Source: Minisyncoccota bacterium (lineage in GTDB: Bacteria; Patescibacteriota; Minisyncoccia; UBA6257; 2-01-FULL-56-20). Taken from it: a DNA stretch of 64,000 nucleotides. Positions 62,996-64,000 of the stretch are shown here, one piece after another; within the stretch, counting starts at the first letter, position 1, and every line of letters begins with the position of its first letter. Position numbers and translations under genes: made by a program. The notes beneath the pieces are model-generated. The model worked only from the letters and a program-made list of their open reading frames with translations, did no database searches and had not been told where the DNA came from. The stretch is from NCBI GenBank assembly GCA_035541435.1, contig DATKNL010000010.1, forward strand, positions 30,250-94,249, written 5' to 3'.

Positions 62996-64000
62996 GTGGC
63001 TGTTTTTTTGGTTGGGACCCTGTTCGTGACCCGGTTCGCATTTCTGCCTCAGACGGGAACAGTCGTTGAGCGGGGCGTTTTCGGCGGTCCTTCGGCTGAT
63101 CCTTCCGCGGCTTCCGGCATCCTGATTGCCACCGCCCAGGGAGCTGAAACGGGCGCATTGACCGATCAGGGGCTCGCCACGTTCGTGTCCGACGCCGACG
63201 TCTCAGGATCAAGCGGGCAATTGGCGCCGGCTCAGATGCCTGCGGACATCGTCGATCAGGGAGCCCTTCAGGATCCCGGCCAGCCGATCGGTCCTTCGGT
63301 TGCCAGGACGGGTTTGATAGATTACACGGTTCGGAACGGCGACAGCCTTTCGAAAATTGCTTCCTATTTCGGGGTTTCGGTTCAAACGATCCTCAGTGCC
63401 AATCCCGGCATCAAGGCGGGATCCCTCAAGGCGGGAGTCGACCTCAAGATTTTGCCGACGAGCGGCGTCATTTACGAGACGAAGCCCGGCGACACCCTCG
63501 CTTCGATCGCGGCAGCGTTCGGGATTCCTCAAGACAAAATAACGCAGTTCAACGCTTCTGTAAATTTCAACTCACTTGAATCTGGGCAGTCGATCGTGGT
63601 TCCGGGAGGAACTGACAGCGCGATCACCACGACGCAGGCAGGCGGTCCCGTCCTTCCGAACTTTGATAAAAACTTTATCATGCCGACGGTCGGCTATAAC
63701 TGGGGTATCCTCCATCACGAGAACGCCGTCGATATCGCCAACTCCTGCGGCACGCCGGTTGACGCGGCCGCCTCAGGCATCGTCGTTCCCGACCCCGACG
63801 AATCGAATCAGATCGGAGGATGGAATGGCGGTTATGGAAACTTCGTCCTTATCCAGCATGCGTTCGGGAACAACATCGAAACCCGATATGCCCACCTCGA
63901 GAAAGTTCTCGTGCAGATCGGCGACTATGTGACGCAGGGCCAGGAAATCGGCCTCATGGGAGAAACCGGTGATGCGACGGGGTGCCATCTGCATTTCGAA
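62996..64000 (+). CDS. LysM x2 + M23 family peptidase, runs off the window edge; start uncertain
   Basis: Hand translation gives YTVRNGDSLSKIASYFGVSVQTILSAN, YETKPGDTLASIA, LHHENAVDIA, GGYGNFV.I.H, YAHL and TGCHLHFE. First GTG after an in-frame stop at 62936. Confidence 0.9.
   Translation, partial: MAVFLVGTLFVTRFAFLPQTGTVVERGVFGGPSADPSAASGILIATAQGAETGALTDQGLATFVSDADVSGSSGQLAPAQMPADIVDQGALQDPGQPIGPSVARTGLIDYTVRNGDSLSKIASYFGVSVQTILSANPGIKAGSLKAGVDLKILPTSGVIYETKPGDTLASIAAAFGIPQDKITQFNASVNFNSLESGQSIVVPGGTDSAITTTQAGGPVLPNFDKNFIMPTVGYNWGILHHENAVDIANSCGTPVDAAASGIVVPDPDESNQIGGWNGGYGNFVLIQHAFGNNIETRYAHLEKVLVQIGDYVTQGQEIGLMGETGDATGCHLHFE

Noticed and set aside
63700-63740. Apparently broken M23 HxxxD motif (LHHENAVD)
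   Set aside because: It matches the LHxxNAVD variant I recall as common in CPR M23 proteins, and HLH is intact, so there is no basis for calling it inactive.

Overview
High-GC bacterial chromosome segment spanning the replication origin (rpmH-dnaA-dnaN). Its gene content points to Patescibacteria/CPR, Parcubacteria-like: a PrgI/VirB4/VirB6/pilin type IV secretion locus, cohesin/dockerin surface proteins, short YebC and YidC, and no yidD. Bases 1-21.4 kb are a single minus-strand cluster of about 16 mostly surface or membrane genes. I read it as a candidate undescribed pilus-like fibre system with no usher and no sortase. It has pilin-like subunits with a shared C-terminal Y..YVATP.[FY] strand, three DUF916-like membrane-tethered chaperone candidates, a dockerin protein sharing the major subunit's N-terminal domain, a membrane-anchored cohesin protein, an Hsp20, an HTH-TM-fibre protein and an ABC ATPase. 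Bases 21.5-47.3 kb are mostly housekeeping (tRNA-Arg, murE, ruvA/B/C, rpsT, holA, pyrG, tsaE, pilB-like ATPase, PBP1A, dnaN, dnaA, rpmH, rnpA, yidC, jag). They also hold a promoter-driven ~175-nt structured ncRNA candidate, a 53-aa acidic microprotein and an inverted tRNA-linked repeat. Bases 47.3-60.1 kb are the T4SS-like locus, followed by rsmA, a PcrA/UvrD helicase and a truncated LysM-M23 gene. All family calls come from motif recognition by eye; no database search was run.
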